IMG/VR virus record: IMGVR_UViG_3300037478_000635 | Location: 1 to 60,394 of that record | DNA length: 60,394 bases | DNA from: a virus | Lineage: Duplodnaviria > Caudoviricetes | Direction: 5' to 3' (one strand) | Shown here: positions 1 through 8,720 of the stretch, piece after piece | How positions within the stretch are numbered: the stretch's first letter is position 1 | How the letters are laid out: the number at the start of each line of letters is the position of its first letter | Program-made: the position numbers and the translations under genes | The notes under the pieces: model-generated | The model's input: the letters and a program-made list of their open reading frames with translations, nothing else | The model's database searches: none | Told to the model about the DNA's origin: nothing

Positions 1-1
1 C

Positions 2-154
2 GCGCTGGCCGACCACCACCTGCGTATGGTGCGCGACGCCCTGATCGAAGTCATCGACGCGAACCCGGACCTGACTGGCAAGGACGGCGACGTCAGGACG
101 GTGGACCGCTTCAGCTTTCAGGCGCCCGGGCCGGGCGACCCGCAAACGAACTAG
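2..154 (+). CDS. 3' end of a gene truncated by the window edge
   Basis: Open frame from base 2 (ALADHHLRMVRDALIEVIDANPDL...) ends at TAG 152-154, directly followed by the GGAGG RBS of the next gene. Confidence 0.6.
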   Translation, partial: ALADHHLRMVRDALIEVIDANPDLTGKDGDVRTVDRFSFQAPGPGDPQTN

Positions 155-164
155 GAGGATCGAG

Positions 165-491
165 ATGGGCGAGTCACAGTTCAATCCGCGCGCGCAGGAC
201 TACCAGGGCCCGAATGTCGTGCTCGATGCGCGCCGGCGGCCGCTGGCGGAAGGCGACGAAGTCATCCTCAGCCTCCGCGGCCCCGTCTACTTCCGCGTCG
301 CGCAGATCACGCCCGCGCTGGGGCTGAACGCGCCGCCTGGGGCCATGCTCGTGCACGTCGGCGCGATGCTGACCTTCACGGCGATGCGCGGCGCGGTGAA
401 CGCTGAGTTCATCCGCGTGCAGACGGCCGAGGAAGCCGGCCCCACGGCGTTCAAGCTGCTCGACGCCCAGCCGGAGGAGCCGGCGCCATGA
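165..491 (+). CDS. hypothetical phage protein
   Basis: AGGAGG RBS, ATG start, ATGA overlap with the next gene. Confidence 0.75.
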   Translation: MGESQFNPRAQDYQGPNVVLDARRRPLAEGDEVILSLRGPVYFRVAQITPALGLNAPPGAMLVHVGAMLTFTAMRGAVNAEFIRVQTAEEAGPTAFKLLDAQPEEPAP

Positions 492-1303
492 CACGCCTCG
501 TCATCGTCACGGCGACGACCGATCTCCGTCGAGCGGACGCATGCCTCAATAGCTGGCTCGTCAGAGCCGCCGAGCCCACGCCGATCGTGCTCGTCGAGAA
601 CGGGGATGCGAACACCGGCTACCTCGGGACGGTTCCCGCCTTTCGTCGTGGCGTCGATCAGGCGCTGGCCGAGTATCCGACGGTCGACGTGATCGCCTGC
701 TTCCACGATGATCTCGAGATCCACGAGGTCGGCTGGGATCAGAAGGTCCTGCGCCACTTCACGCATGAGCCGGCCTGCGGCCTGGCCGGCTTCGGCGGCG
801 CGATTGGGCTGGGCAGCGCGCGGCTCTACCACGACCCCTACGACCCGATGCAGCTGGCGCGAGTGGGCTTCCGGAGCAACCTGATCGACGCCGAGGCGCA
901 CGGGATGCGGAGCCTGCTCACCGAGCGGGTGGCGTGCTTGGATGGGTTCAGCCAGATCGGGCGGCGGGAATTCTGGCTCGGGCAGGTGATCAAGGATCCG
1001 GGAGATACCGACCCGAACCCTCAGACGTTTTCACGGCCCTGGACTGCCCTCGAGCGCCTCGGCGTCATCCACCATTTCTACGACGGCATGCTCGGCTGTC
1101 TCGCGCGGCGCTACGGCTGGGACACCTGGTACCTGCCCGTTGCCTGCCGCCACTACGGGGGACGCACGGCGGTCGGCGACCCCGGATACCAGCACTGGAT
1201 CAACGACAAGACGCAGTCACCGGAGGGGGACCATGAAGTCTGGAAAGCGGCGCACCGCCTCGGCTACGAAGAATTCCGCGACTGCCTCCCACTGCGCGTC
1301 TAG
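488..1303 (+). CDS. GT-A fold glycosyltransferase (GT2-like)
   Basis: N-terminal strand LVIVTAT, IVLVEN, DxD-like FHDDLEI, ACLDGF, HHFYD acceptor-side motif, C-terminal RHYGG. Confidence 0.75.
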   Translation: MTRLVIVTATTDLRRADACLNSWLVRAAEPTPIVLVENGDANTGYLGTVPAFRRGVDQALAEYPTVDVIACFHDDLEIHEVGWDQKVLRHFTHEPACGLAGFGGAIGLGSARLYHDPYDPMQLARVGFRSNLIDAEAHGMRSLLTERVACLDGFSQIGRREFWLGQVIKDPGDTDPNPQTFSRPWTALERLGVIHHFYDGMLGCLARRYGWDTWYLPVACRHYGGRTAVGDPGYQHWINDKTQSPEGDHEVWKAAHRLGYEEFRDCLPLRV

Positions 1304-1459
1304 CCGCTGGACGATGGTCGGCGGCCGGCGCACCTGGCAGGACGGCCCGCCCGAAGACTGGCAGCGCGAGTTCGACGGCTATGCGCGCTGGCTCGCGCCC
1401 TACGGAGTGAACACCCTCGGGTACGCAGTGAGGATAGCGACGAAGAAGGAAGCACGCGC

Positions 1460-1762
1460 ATGACAACCCACCGTAAAACCGGATCGATCGCGCGCCTCTT
1501 CCCGGACCGCGTCTACGGCTTCATCCACTGTCCGGAGGATCAGCGCGACTACTTCTTTCACTCGGCGCAGCTCGACGGCGTGACCTTCCACCAGCTCGTG
1601 CCCGGCGACGAGATGAGCTTCATCGTCGCCGAGGGGATCAAGGGGACCGAGGCGCAGGACGTGCAGCTCGCGCGCCACAACGAGGTCACGGGCCGCGAGA
1701 CGCGCGAGCAGGTCGGGCTGCCGACGCTCCGGCCGAAGCCGGTGAAGCGGGGGCAGGAATGA
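1460..1762 (+). CDS. cold-shock domain (CSD) protein
   Basis: RNP1-like VYGFI, RNP2-like DYFFHSAQL, and LVPGDEMSFIVAEGIKGTEAQDV match the CspA pattern. Confidence 0.85.
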   Translation: MTTHRKTGSIARLFPDRVYGFIHCPEDQRDYFFHSAQLDGVTFHQLVPGDEMSFIVAEGIKGTEAQDVQLARHNEVTGRETREQVGLPTLRPKPVKRGQE

Positions 1763-3285
1763 CGACGAAAGTCGCGCTCCCTCCGGGCGATCTCCACCTG
1801 GCCCGCGATCCCGTCGGCCAACGAACAGCCACACACGAGGTATGTACAAGTACTGTACTCAGAGAGGGCGGCGAGCCGGTGGCCTCGATCGCCCCGGTGG
1901 AGGCCGAGGCGCCGATCGAGGCCGAGGCCGAGGCGCCAGCGCCGGCAGGGGCGGCGGCACGGCTCTGGGGGGCGGCGGCGCCGATGTTCACCTATCTCGC
2001 GGGCGCGGCCGGCTCGGGCAAGACGTTCGCGGTGCGCGCCTGGGCGGCTGACGAGGCCGGCCTCGTGCTTTGCGCCACGACCGGGATCGCCGCGATCAAC
2101 CTCGGGGGGACGACCATCAACGCGCTGCTGGGCTACTTCGACACCAAGAGCCTGCAGGACAGCTACACCAACGGCTTCCTCACCGCCAAGCTCGGCAAGC
2201 TGCTCAAGGCGGGCGTGCGCCGCCTGGTCGTCGACGAGGTCAGCATGCTCGACGGCGACCAGCTCACCTACCTGACAAGAGCGATCGAGGAGGTGAACAA
2301 CCGCGGCTACGCGATCGCGATGTCGCAGGACTGGGACGAGGTGCCAGACAGCGCGGCGCTCGGCCTGACCCTGGTCGGCGACTTCTGTCAGCTGCCGCCG
2401 GTCAAGGCGCCGTTTGCATTCGAGTCGAGCGAGTGGGGCCGCTTCGCCGAAGGCGGTCACACGATCACCCTCACCGAGATCCGCCGGCAGGCCGACCCGG
2501 CTTTCATCGCCGCCCTGCGGGCCGCGCGCCGCGGCGACGGGGCCGGCACGCTCGCCTATTTCGGCGGCCGGCTGCACACCGAGACCGACGACGCCTTCGA
2601 GGGGCCGACGCTGCTGGCCAAGAACGAGGCGGTCGATCGCTACAACTGGATCCGGCTGAACCGGCTGCCGGGGCGAGACGTCTCCTTCGTCTCGAGCCGC
2701 GCCGGCAAGCAGCGCAGCGAGTGGGGGAACCCCGATAAGCCGCCGGCGACCTGGGGCATCCCCGAGCGGCTGCCCCTGAAGATCGGGGCGCTGGTGATGA
2801 TCCTGGCGAACCAGCGCCAGCTCGACGGCCTGGGCTTCGAGTATGTGAATGGCGATCTCGGCGAGCTGGTCGACGCCGACGCGGCGGCCAAGGTCGCGCA
2901 GGTGCGGCTGCAGCGCACCGGCGCCATCGTCGAGGTGAGCTACGTCCGGCGCGAGGTCCTCGTCCCGCTCGATAGCGCGCGCCGGCGGGAGCTGCGGGAT
3001 AAGGGCGAGGCCGACAAGATCGCAGAGGGCGGCAAGTGGGAGATCGCCGGGTGGATCAGCTACCTGCCGATCCGCCTGGCGTACGCGAGTACGGTGCATC
3101 GGTCGCAGGGCCTCTCGCTCGATCGCGTGCAGGTCAACATCCGCGACGCCTTCTTCAAAACCCCGGGGATGCTCTACGTCGCGCTGAGTCGCGCCCGGAC
3201 GGCGGAGGGGCTGCGCCTGGTGGGGAGTGCGGCGGCGCTCATCGAGCGGTGCACGACGGATCCGCGGTTGTCGCGGTGGCTCTGA
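1759..3285 (+). CDS. SF1B helicase (Pif1/RecD/Dda-like)
   Basis: Walker A GAAGSGKT, ATTGIAA, DEVSM, GDFCQLPPV, TEIRRQ, TVHRSQGLSLD, YVALSRAR. Confidence 0.92.
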   Translation: MTTKVALPPGDLHLARDPVGQRTATHEVCTSTVLREGGEPVASIAPVEAEAPIEAEAEAPAPAGAAARLWGAAAPMFTYLAGAAGSGKTFAVRAWAADEAGLVLCATTGIAAINLGGTTINALLGYFDTKSLQDSYTNGFLTAKLGKLLKAGVRRLVVDEVSMLDGDQLTYLTRAIEEVNNRGYAIAMSQDWDEVPDSAALGLTLVGDFCQLPPVKAPFAFESSEWGRFAEGGHTITLTEIRRQADPAFIAALRAARRGDGAGTLAYFGGRLHTETDDAFEGPTLLAKNEAVDRYNWIRLNRLPGRDVSFVSSRAGKQRSEWGNPDKPPATWGIPERLPLKIGALVMILANQRQLDGLGFEYVNGDLGELVDADAAAKVAQVRLQRTGAIVEVSYVRREVLVPLDSARRRELRDKGEADKIAEGGKWEIAGWISYLPIRLAYASTVHRSQGLSLDRVQVNIRDAFFKTPGMLYVALSRARTAEGLRLVGSAAALIERCTTDPRLSRWL

Positions 3286-3313
3286 GGGAGCGGCCGCAGC
3301 TCAGGAGGTAACT

Positions 3314-3829
3314 ATGCATTTCGTCAGAGATGAATTGCGGGCCAACTTTCTCAATCTCGGGCAGGTGGCGTATTGCACCCTTCACACAGCGCACAAGCGC
3401 GAGGCGGCGCGCGTGTTCGCCTGCCACGCCGCCGACGGAGAAGTCATCGGGCACGTCATCGGGCAGCAGCTGCAAGACATCGCCGACGGCCAGAGGTACC
3501 TCCCGGAAACGACCGGAACCAAACTCATCTGGTTCATCTACTACGGAGAAGGAGGCGGGACCGACCAGCTCGACGTGCTGACCTTGCCGGTCATCGGGTG
3601 GAAGGTGTGCGGGGGTGAGATCGCCCCCCTGACGGTGGAAGGCGTCATCGACGGTAACTGGGACGGTGGGAACACCGCCTACTGCCTCGAAGTCGCGACA
3701 GGCGTCTGGGTCTTCCCGGGGGAGTGTACCTGCGAGAGTCTCGACCAGGCCAAGCAGACGGCCCTAGCGAGATTCCGAAATGCTGACGAGCTGGCTGACC
3801 GCGTAGCGCAGGAGGCGCCTCAGCCATGA
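3314..3829 (+). CDS. hypothetical protein
   Basis: AGGAGG RBS before ATG 3314; start revised from the ORF track. Confidence 0.7.
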   Translation: MHFVRDELRANFLNLGQVAYCTLHTAHKREAARVFACHAADGEVIGHVIGQQLQDIADGQRYLPETTGTKLIWFIYYGEGGGTDQLDVLTLPVIGWKVCGGEIAPLTVEGVIDGNWDGGNTAYCLEVATGVWVFPGECTCESLDQAKQTALARFRNADELADRVAQEAPQP

Positions 3830-3863
3830 TCCGCCGCTCGACGGGGATCCGGCGGCTGCAGGC

Positions 3864-4130
3864 GTGGCTATGAAGCTGCCAGCCAGCGCGAAGTACCGGG
3901 CCGACTGGCACCTGTATTCAGCCGACGCCGAGGGGCACACCTGGCAGGACGACTCGATCCAGATCATCCTCCTGCAGGAGATCCGCGACGAGCTGCAGCG
4001 GCTCAACGCCCTGCTCTCCTGCCCCAACTTCGTGCAGATCCCGCAGGTGCTGCGGGCGATCCGGGCGAACACGGCGAGGCCCAGGCGGCGGCGATCGCCC
4101 GCGAAGAAGCAGAAGGAGCCCCAGCCATGA
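3864..4130 (+). CDS. hypothetical protein with basic C-terminus
   Basis: Good codon usage, coiled segment LLQEIRDELQRLNALL, overlaps the next start. Confidence 0.6.
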   Translation: MAMKLPASAKYRADWHLYSADAEGHTWQDDSIQIILLQEIRDELQRLNALLSCPNFVQIPQVLRAIRANTARPRRRRSPAKKQKEPQP

Positions 4131-4305
4131 TCCGCTGCCCACGCCTGCTCGTCCGTCGGATGCTCCGCTGCACCCTCGCCGTCGTCGCCACGCCGGTGCT
4201 CATCCCGATCGACCTCGGCTGGGTGATGCAGGAGGAGTGGGGGCAGCCAGGGACGGCCTTCCCACAGCTGCTCGTGCCGAAGCTCTGGGGCTGGGCGACC
4301 CGCTG

Positions 4306-4644
4306 ATGCCCCGCCGCCCCGACTACCGCTCGCTGCTCACCTGCGAACTGTCGCAGGCCGAGCGCGACGTGCTCGACGAGCTGAAGCGGCTCGCCGGGGT
4401 AGGGAGCGATGCGAACCTGGCGCGGATCGCGCTCTGGTCGTTGGGCGATCACCTCGGGGCCGAGCTGCCGGACGGGGTGTTCGACCTGCGGCTGGGATCA
4501 GGGGCGTGGGCGCGCAACCCCCGGGTGCGGCAGGACGCGGCCTGCCCGCCGCTGCCGCTACCGGCGCCGATCTGGCGGGCGAAGCCGAAGCGGCCGGCGG
4601 CCGATCACCCGTGGCGCGGGGCGGAACCGCGAGGCGGGCGATGA
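4306..4644 (+). CDS. possible ribbon-helix-helix DNA-binding protein
   Basis: TGATG coupling at 4304-4308; LTCELSQAERDVLDELKRLAGVGSDANLARIAL resembles the RHH strand-helix-helix pattern. Confidence 0.45.
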   Translation: MPRRPDYRSLLTCELSQAERDVLDELKRLAGVGSDANLARIALWSLGDHLGAELPDGVFDLRLGSGAWARNPRVRQDAACPPLPLPAPIWRAKPKRPAADHPWRGAEPRGGR

Positions 4645-4860
4645 GCCTCAATGCCGACTGGTTTGTAGGGGAAGCGAGGATGCGATGACGTCATTGGCTC
4701 GATATCGTTGCCTCTTGCGGTCCATGCGAGACGAGCTGTGTCTTGCTGAACGGAACTACGGGGTGGTGCTGGACAACAAGCGGCATCGGGATCTCATCGA
4801 CCAGAATCGTGGCCGCGTCGCCGTTCTCAAGAAGTTGTTGGCTGAGGCGCGGAGGACGCG

Positions 4861-5196
4861 ATGACCGTCACCGACGAGCAGATCCAGCGGGTGCAGCGGC
4901 TGGAAATGGAACTTAGGCGCTTAGCGCTTGTTGGCCCAGAGGTATTGGCCCGTCGGGCAAAGGACGCCGACGCCTTGCGCGCCGTCCTGGACGAGCGGCA
5001 GGAGCGGGAGGAAGGGCCGTGCGAGACGTGTCGATTCGCGAGTTGCGTGGAAGAGGTCGACCTGTTCTGCACGCAGCCTGACCTAATCGAAGCGTCAGGC
5101 GCCATTGCGCGTAGTTCTCCTGGGCTCATCGTCCCTCGGACCATCAACGGCCAGCCCTTCGGCTGTCGCGGGCATGAGCCGAAGGAGGCCCAGTGA
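4861..5196 (+). CDS. hypothetical protein with Cys cluster
   Basis: GGAGG RBS; CETCRF...C...C...GC. Confidence 0.6.
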   Translation: MTVTDEQIQRVQRLEMELRRLALVGPEVLARRAKDADALRAVLDERQEREEGPCETCRFASCVEEVDLFCTQPDLIEASGAIARSSPGLIVPRTINGQPFGCRGHEPKEAQ

Positions 5197-5645
5197 CTCG
5201 ATACACGGCCGAGGAGATGCGCGAACGCGCTGACTGGATTGCCTCGACGCGTGTCCGCCTTCCTGACACTTTGCCAGGTACGGCCAAGATGCTACGCCAA
5301 GCCGCCTCGGACGCCGAGCAGGTGGAAACGATCCGGCGTGCGTGCGTCTGTTCTGAACCCGATCCAGTGATGCAGGCCGACGGCAAGTTCTACTGCTATG
5401 CCTGCAGCTATCAAACCGGGGCGCGTCCTCGATTTCTGGAGCCGGAAACGTGGCTGCGCGAGCTGAACATCCTGCGTGATCAGGTGAAGGAGCAGGCGCG
5501 GGAGATCTCGGCGACGGTGAAGGCCAAGGACGCCCGCCTCGCGGTCCTCAAAGAGGCGCTGCGCGAGTGCCACCAGGAGATCCAGTCGCTCAAGGATAGG
5601 GAGATTCAAGTAGCACAAGATCAGGGGCTGCACGATGGTGAGTGA
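5193..5645 (+). CDS. hypothetical protein, Zn-ribbon plus coiled coil
   Basis: GGAGG RBS, GTG start; CVC...CYAC followed by a heptad-rich tail. Confidence 0.6.
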   Translation: MTRYTAEEMRERADWIASTRVRLPDTLPGTAKMLRQAASDAEQVETIRRACVCSEPDPVMQADGKFYCYACSYQTGARPRFLEPETWLRELNILRDQVKEQAREISATVKAKDARLAVLKEALRECHQEIQSLKDREIQVAQDQGLHDGE

Positions 5646-6528
5646 CATCCTCTGCACCTGCCCCGGCCGACACGGCGATATTCTCTGGACGCTCCCCGCG
5701 ATCCGCGCGCTCCACGAGGCCACCGGCGCCACGATCGATCTCCTCGTCGCCGGCAAGTACGCCGCCGTCTGCCCGCTCCTCGAGCGGCAGCCCTACCTGC
5801 GCGAGTGCGTCGCGATGCCCGAGTGGACGGTCGAGGAGACCGCGCCGATGACGCCGCGCCTGCCCCCGGGGATCCCAGTCGGCTACGACGCGGTCTATCA
5901 CCTCGGGTACGCCGGCTGGCCGGATCGCCCGCTGCCCGATCAGCACCTGTGGACGCTGCAGCAGCAGATCCCGGATCTGGATCTGGTCGAGCAGATCGCG
6001 GAGCGCTATCGACTAGATCGGCCGTGGATTACTCCGCCGAGCCCGCCGATCCCCCCTACCCACTGGTACACCAATCGGCTGGCGATCGGCTTCACCGATG
6101 AGTGGATTGAGTTGAAGGCGGGCCTGGTCTTCGCCCTCCTCGCACGAGTAGAGCGGGGGCGCCCCTACAAGCCGTCGCTGTACTTTGGCGCAGGGAGCCG
6201 GTGGATGGAATGGGAGCGCACGCTTGCCCCGTTCCTCTATGGCCTTTGCACCCCTCGGACGTGGCTCGAGACCGCGCAGTGGGTGGCGGAGTCGGCCGTC
6301 TTCCTCGGCTGCTGCTCGGCGCTCCACGTCCTCGCCTGCGGCCTCGGTACGCCCGTGGTGCTGGTCGAGCCGAACGAGGCGCGCCACCACCCGATCTTCT
6401 ACCCCTATGGCACCGACGGCCCGCAGGTCACCCTCGTGAAGGGGAATGACGGCCGGCCGAGCTTCGACGCGCGGCATACCAGCGCCGTCATCGAGCAGAA
6501 GCTAGCAGAGGTGCGGGATGCGCGGTGA
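5635..6528 (+). CDS. GT-B glycosyltransferase, GT9 (heptosyltransferase)-like
   Basis: GRHGDILWTLPAIRALHEA..ATIDLLV..Y..V.PLLERQPYL at the N-terminus and FLGCCSALHVLACGLGTPVVLV at the C-terminus are GT9 signatures. Confidence 0.8.
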   Translation: MVSDILCTCPGRHGDILWTLPAIRALHEATGATIDLLVAGKYAAVCPLLERQPYLRECVAMPEWTVEETAPMTPRLPPGIPVGYDAVYHLGYAGWPDRPLPDQHLWTLQQQIPDLDLVEQIAERYRLDRPWITPPSPPIPPTHWYTNRLAIGFTDEWIELKAGLVFALLARVERGRPYKPSLYFGAGSRWMEWERTLAPFLYGLCTPRTWLETAQWVAESAVFLGCCSALHVLACGLGTPVVLVEPNEARHHPIFYPYGTDGPQVTLVKGNDGRPSFDARHTSAVIEQKLAEVRDAR

Positions 6529-6706
6529 GCCGCTCAAGCTGTGCGTGCAGGCGCACCCGCCGTTCTGGTACCCCGGCGAGCGCTGCCCCTTCTGCGCCGC
6601 GCTCGCGGCCGTCCACGACCTCGCCTCGCGCGTGCAGGCGCTGCAGGACGAGCTGCAGCAGGCGCGCACGCCGGCGCGACGAGAGGGAGGAGTGCCCCAT
6701 GCGTGA
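6518..6706 (+). CDS. small Cys/His protein
   Basis: GAGG RBS; CVQAH...CPFC then coiled coil. Confidence 0.5.
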   Translation: MRGEPLKLCVQAHPPFWYPGERCPFCAALAAVHDLASRVQALQDELQQARTPARREGGVPHA

Positions 6707-6866
6707 CTACGCCCACCCGCAGGTCGGCGATCGCGTCGTCGTCTACGGCGTGTCGTGCGTCGTCTTCCGTGTCCGCCCGTGGGCCGTCGATGTCGAGGCG
6801 ACCGACGGCTCGGGGCGCTGCTGGCGGGTCAGCGGATGTCCGCTCCGGGTGAAGGAGGCGAGCTGA
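6699..6866 (+). CDS. small SH3/KOW-like hypothetical protein
   Basis: GGAGGAG RBS; PQVGDRVVVYG all-beta pattern. Confidence 0.5.
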   Translation: MRDYAHPQVGDRVVVYGVSCVVFRVRPWAVDVEATDGSGRCWRVSGCPLRVKEAS

Positions 6867-7261
6867 TGCGACTGCTAAATTACGGCGCCGGCGAGATCAC
6901 CGACCGGCTGACCATCCTCAGCCTGAAGATCCTGCACGGCGGCGCGGAGGAGCGGACCAAGCATTTCCGCGATGAGCGGGCGGCGCTGCTGACCAAGCTG
7001 CGCGGGCGCGAGTCGGTGGGCGGCTGGCTGGACCAGGCGCTGATGCTCGGGGCGGTCAACGGGGCGCTGTGGCAGGCGGAGGATGAGCTGCGGGGCTACC
7101 GGCTTGACTACCTCGGCACGATCGTCTCGCGCGATGCGATCTTCGAGGACGCGGCGAAGTGCGCCTTCCGCATCCAGGAACTGAACGATCAGCGCGCCGC
7201 CCTCCTCCAGCAGATCAACGCGCTGACCGGCGAGACCGCTGGACCGGAGAAGCTGACATGA
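6866..7261 (+). CDS. DUF6165/DUF4254-like all-alpha protein
   Basis: GEITDRLTILSLK, NGALWQAEDELR, NDQRAALLQQINALTG match the family pattern as I recall it. Confidence 0.65.
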   Translation: MRLLNYGAGEITDRLTILSLKILHGGAEERTKHFRDERAALLTKLRGRESVGGWLDQALMLGAVNGALWQAEDELRGYRLDYLGTIVSRDAIFEDAAKCAFRIQELNDQRAALLQQINALTGETAGPEKLT

Positions 7262-7773
7262 CTGAAGTCTGGAAGCCGATCCTAGAGTGGCCACGCTACG
7301 AAGCTTCATCACTCGGGCGCATCCGTCACGCGAGGACACAGCGCGTGCGGGCGCTGCACTGGAACATGAGGTTTCGGGGGTGGCAGCTTAGTCTGGAACA
7401 GTACGTGGGCCGTGGGGTCTACAGGCGTCGAACATTCTTCGTCCATCAGTTGGTTGGACTGGCATTTCTCGGCCCCTGTCCACCCGCTCACGAAGTGAAT
7501 CACAAGGACAACGATCAGCAGCATAACGCAGCGGATAATCTTGAGTACCTGACACACAGGGGCAACATGGAGTACGCCGCTCGGCAGGGGCGCATGGCAC
7601 GAGGCGAGCGAGCACCTACACACAAGCTGACGGAGCAGCAGGTTCGGCAGATCCGGGCGCTATACCGCAAAGGCGTGCGTGGCTGCGGAGCACCAGCACT
7701 TGGCAAGCGCTTCGGCGTGGCCGCACAGAGCATTGACGCCATCATTCAACGGCGACATTGGAGCTGGCTGTGA
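7258..7773 (+). CDS. NUMOD4-HNH homing endonuclease
   Basis: EVWKPI..WPRYEASSLGRIR (NUMOD4), VHQLVGLAFLG...VNHKDNDQQHNAADNLEYLT (HNH), C-terminal HTH. Confidence 0.9.
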   Translation: MTEVWKPILEWPRYEASSLGRIRHARTQRVRALHWNMRFRGWQLSLEQYVGRGVYRRRTFFVHQLVGLAFLGPCPPAHEVNHKDNDQQHNAADNLEYLTHRGNMEYAARQGRMARGERAPTHKLTEQQVRQIRALYRKGVRGCGAPALGKRFGVAAQSIDAIIQRRHWSWL

Positions 7774-8720
7774 GGGTCAAACTCGTCACGACGTGGGACA
7801 TGCCCTGCGGAATCAGTGAGCATTCCTACTATCTAGTCAAGGCAGTACAAGCCGCCGATCCTTCGATCATCCACGATCCCGTCACGGATCTGCACCCGCG
7901 TGCCGTCCTCAACGACCCAGCCTCCTTCGATCTGCTCGTCTTGAACTATCACGCTGGACTACTCAGTCAGTGGCAACCTCCGCACATTCAGGCGATGCAG
8001 CAGCGCGGAACCCCGGTGCTGTGCATCTTGCACGACACCGGCGTCCCCAACAGCGACCAGGCGAAGGCGATCGCCGCAGCCGCCGACGCCACCATCGTCC
8101 ACGAGCCGGCGTCCGACCTGCCGGGCACAATCTACTACTGGCGGATGGGCGTGCCGGGCCCTCAGCTGCCACGGGCGGAGGCGGTCGCGCCGATGCGCGT
8201 TGCAGCCGCCCGTCATCGCTGCCTCGGGACGATCGGCTTCCCGTTCCCGTGGAAGCACTACGATCAGCTCGCGCGGCTCACCGCCGAGCTCGGGTGGGCG
8301 CTGCTCCTGATCGCCCCCGGCGCCTCGGCCGCGCAGATCGCCGAGTGGCAGCACCTCAATCCGCTCACGGTCGTCCGCCCCGACTTTGTGCCCCGCGACG
8401 AAGCGATCGGGCTGCTCAGCGCCTGCGACGCGACCGCCTTCGCCTACATCTGCCACAACACGGGGCAGAGCGCGGCGATCCTCCAGGGCATCGCGGCGCG
8501 CCGGCCCGTCTTCGCCTTCCACACCTGCCGGCAGTTCCGCGCGCTCTTCCACGACTCGCTCGGACGGACCGCCATCACCTGGAGCGAGACCTTCGAGGAG
8601 CTGGGCGCGCAGCTGGCGCGCGGCGGCCCGTCGATGATCGTCTCGGCACTGGCTGAGCAGGAGAGCTGGACGGGCGTCGGGCGGCGGTACGCCGACCTCT
8701 ACCGGGGGCTGGCGCGATGA
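7770..8720 (+). CDS. GT-B glycosyltransferase (GT4-like)
   Basis: VTTW..PCGISEHSYYL, ILHD, GTIGFPFPWKHYD, LSACDA, SAAILQGIAARRPV, SWTGVGRRYADLY. Confidence 0.75.
   Translation: MRVKLVTTWDMPCGISEHSYYLVKAVQAADPSIIHDPVTDLHPRAVLNDPASFDLLVLNYHAGLLSQWQPPHIQAMQQRGTPVLCILHDTGVPNSDQAKAIAAAADATIVHEPASDLPGTIYYWRMGVPGPQLPRAEAVAPMRVAAARHRCLGTIGFPFPWKHYDQLARLTAELGWALLLIAPGASAAQIAEWQHLNPLTVVRPDFVPRDEAIGLLSACDATAFAYICHNTGQSAAILQGIAARRPVFAFHTCRQFRALFHDSLGRTAITWSETFEELGAQLARGGPSMIVSALAEQESWTGVGRRYADLYRGLAR

Noticed and set aside
1314-1463. 49-aa ORF between the first GT and the CSD gene
   Set aside because: Weak RBS and no motif; possibly a remnant, not enough support to call
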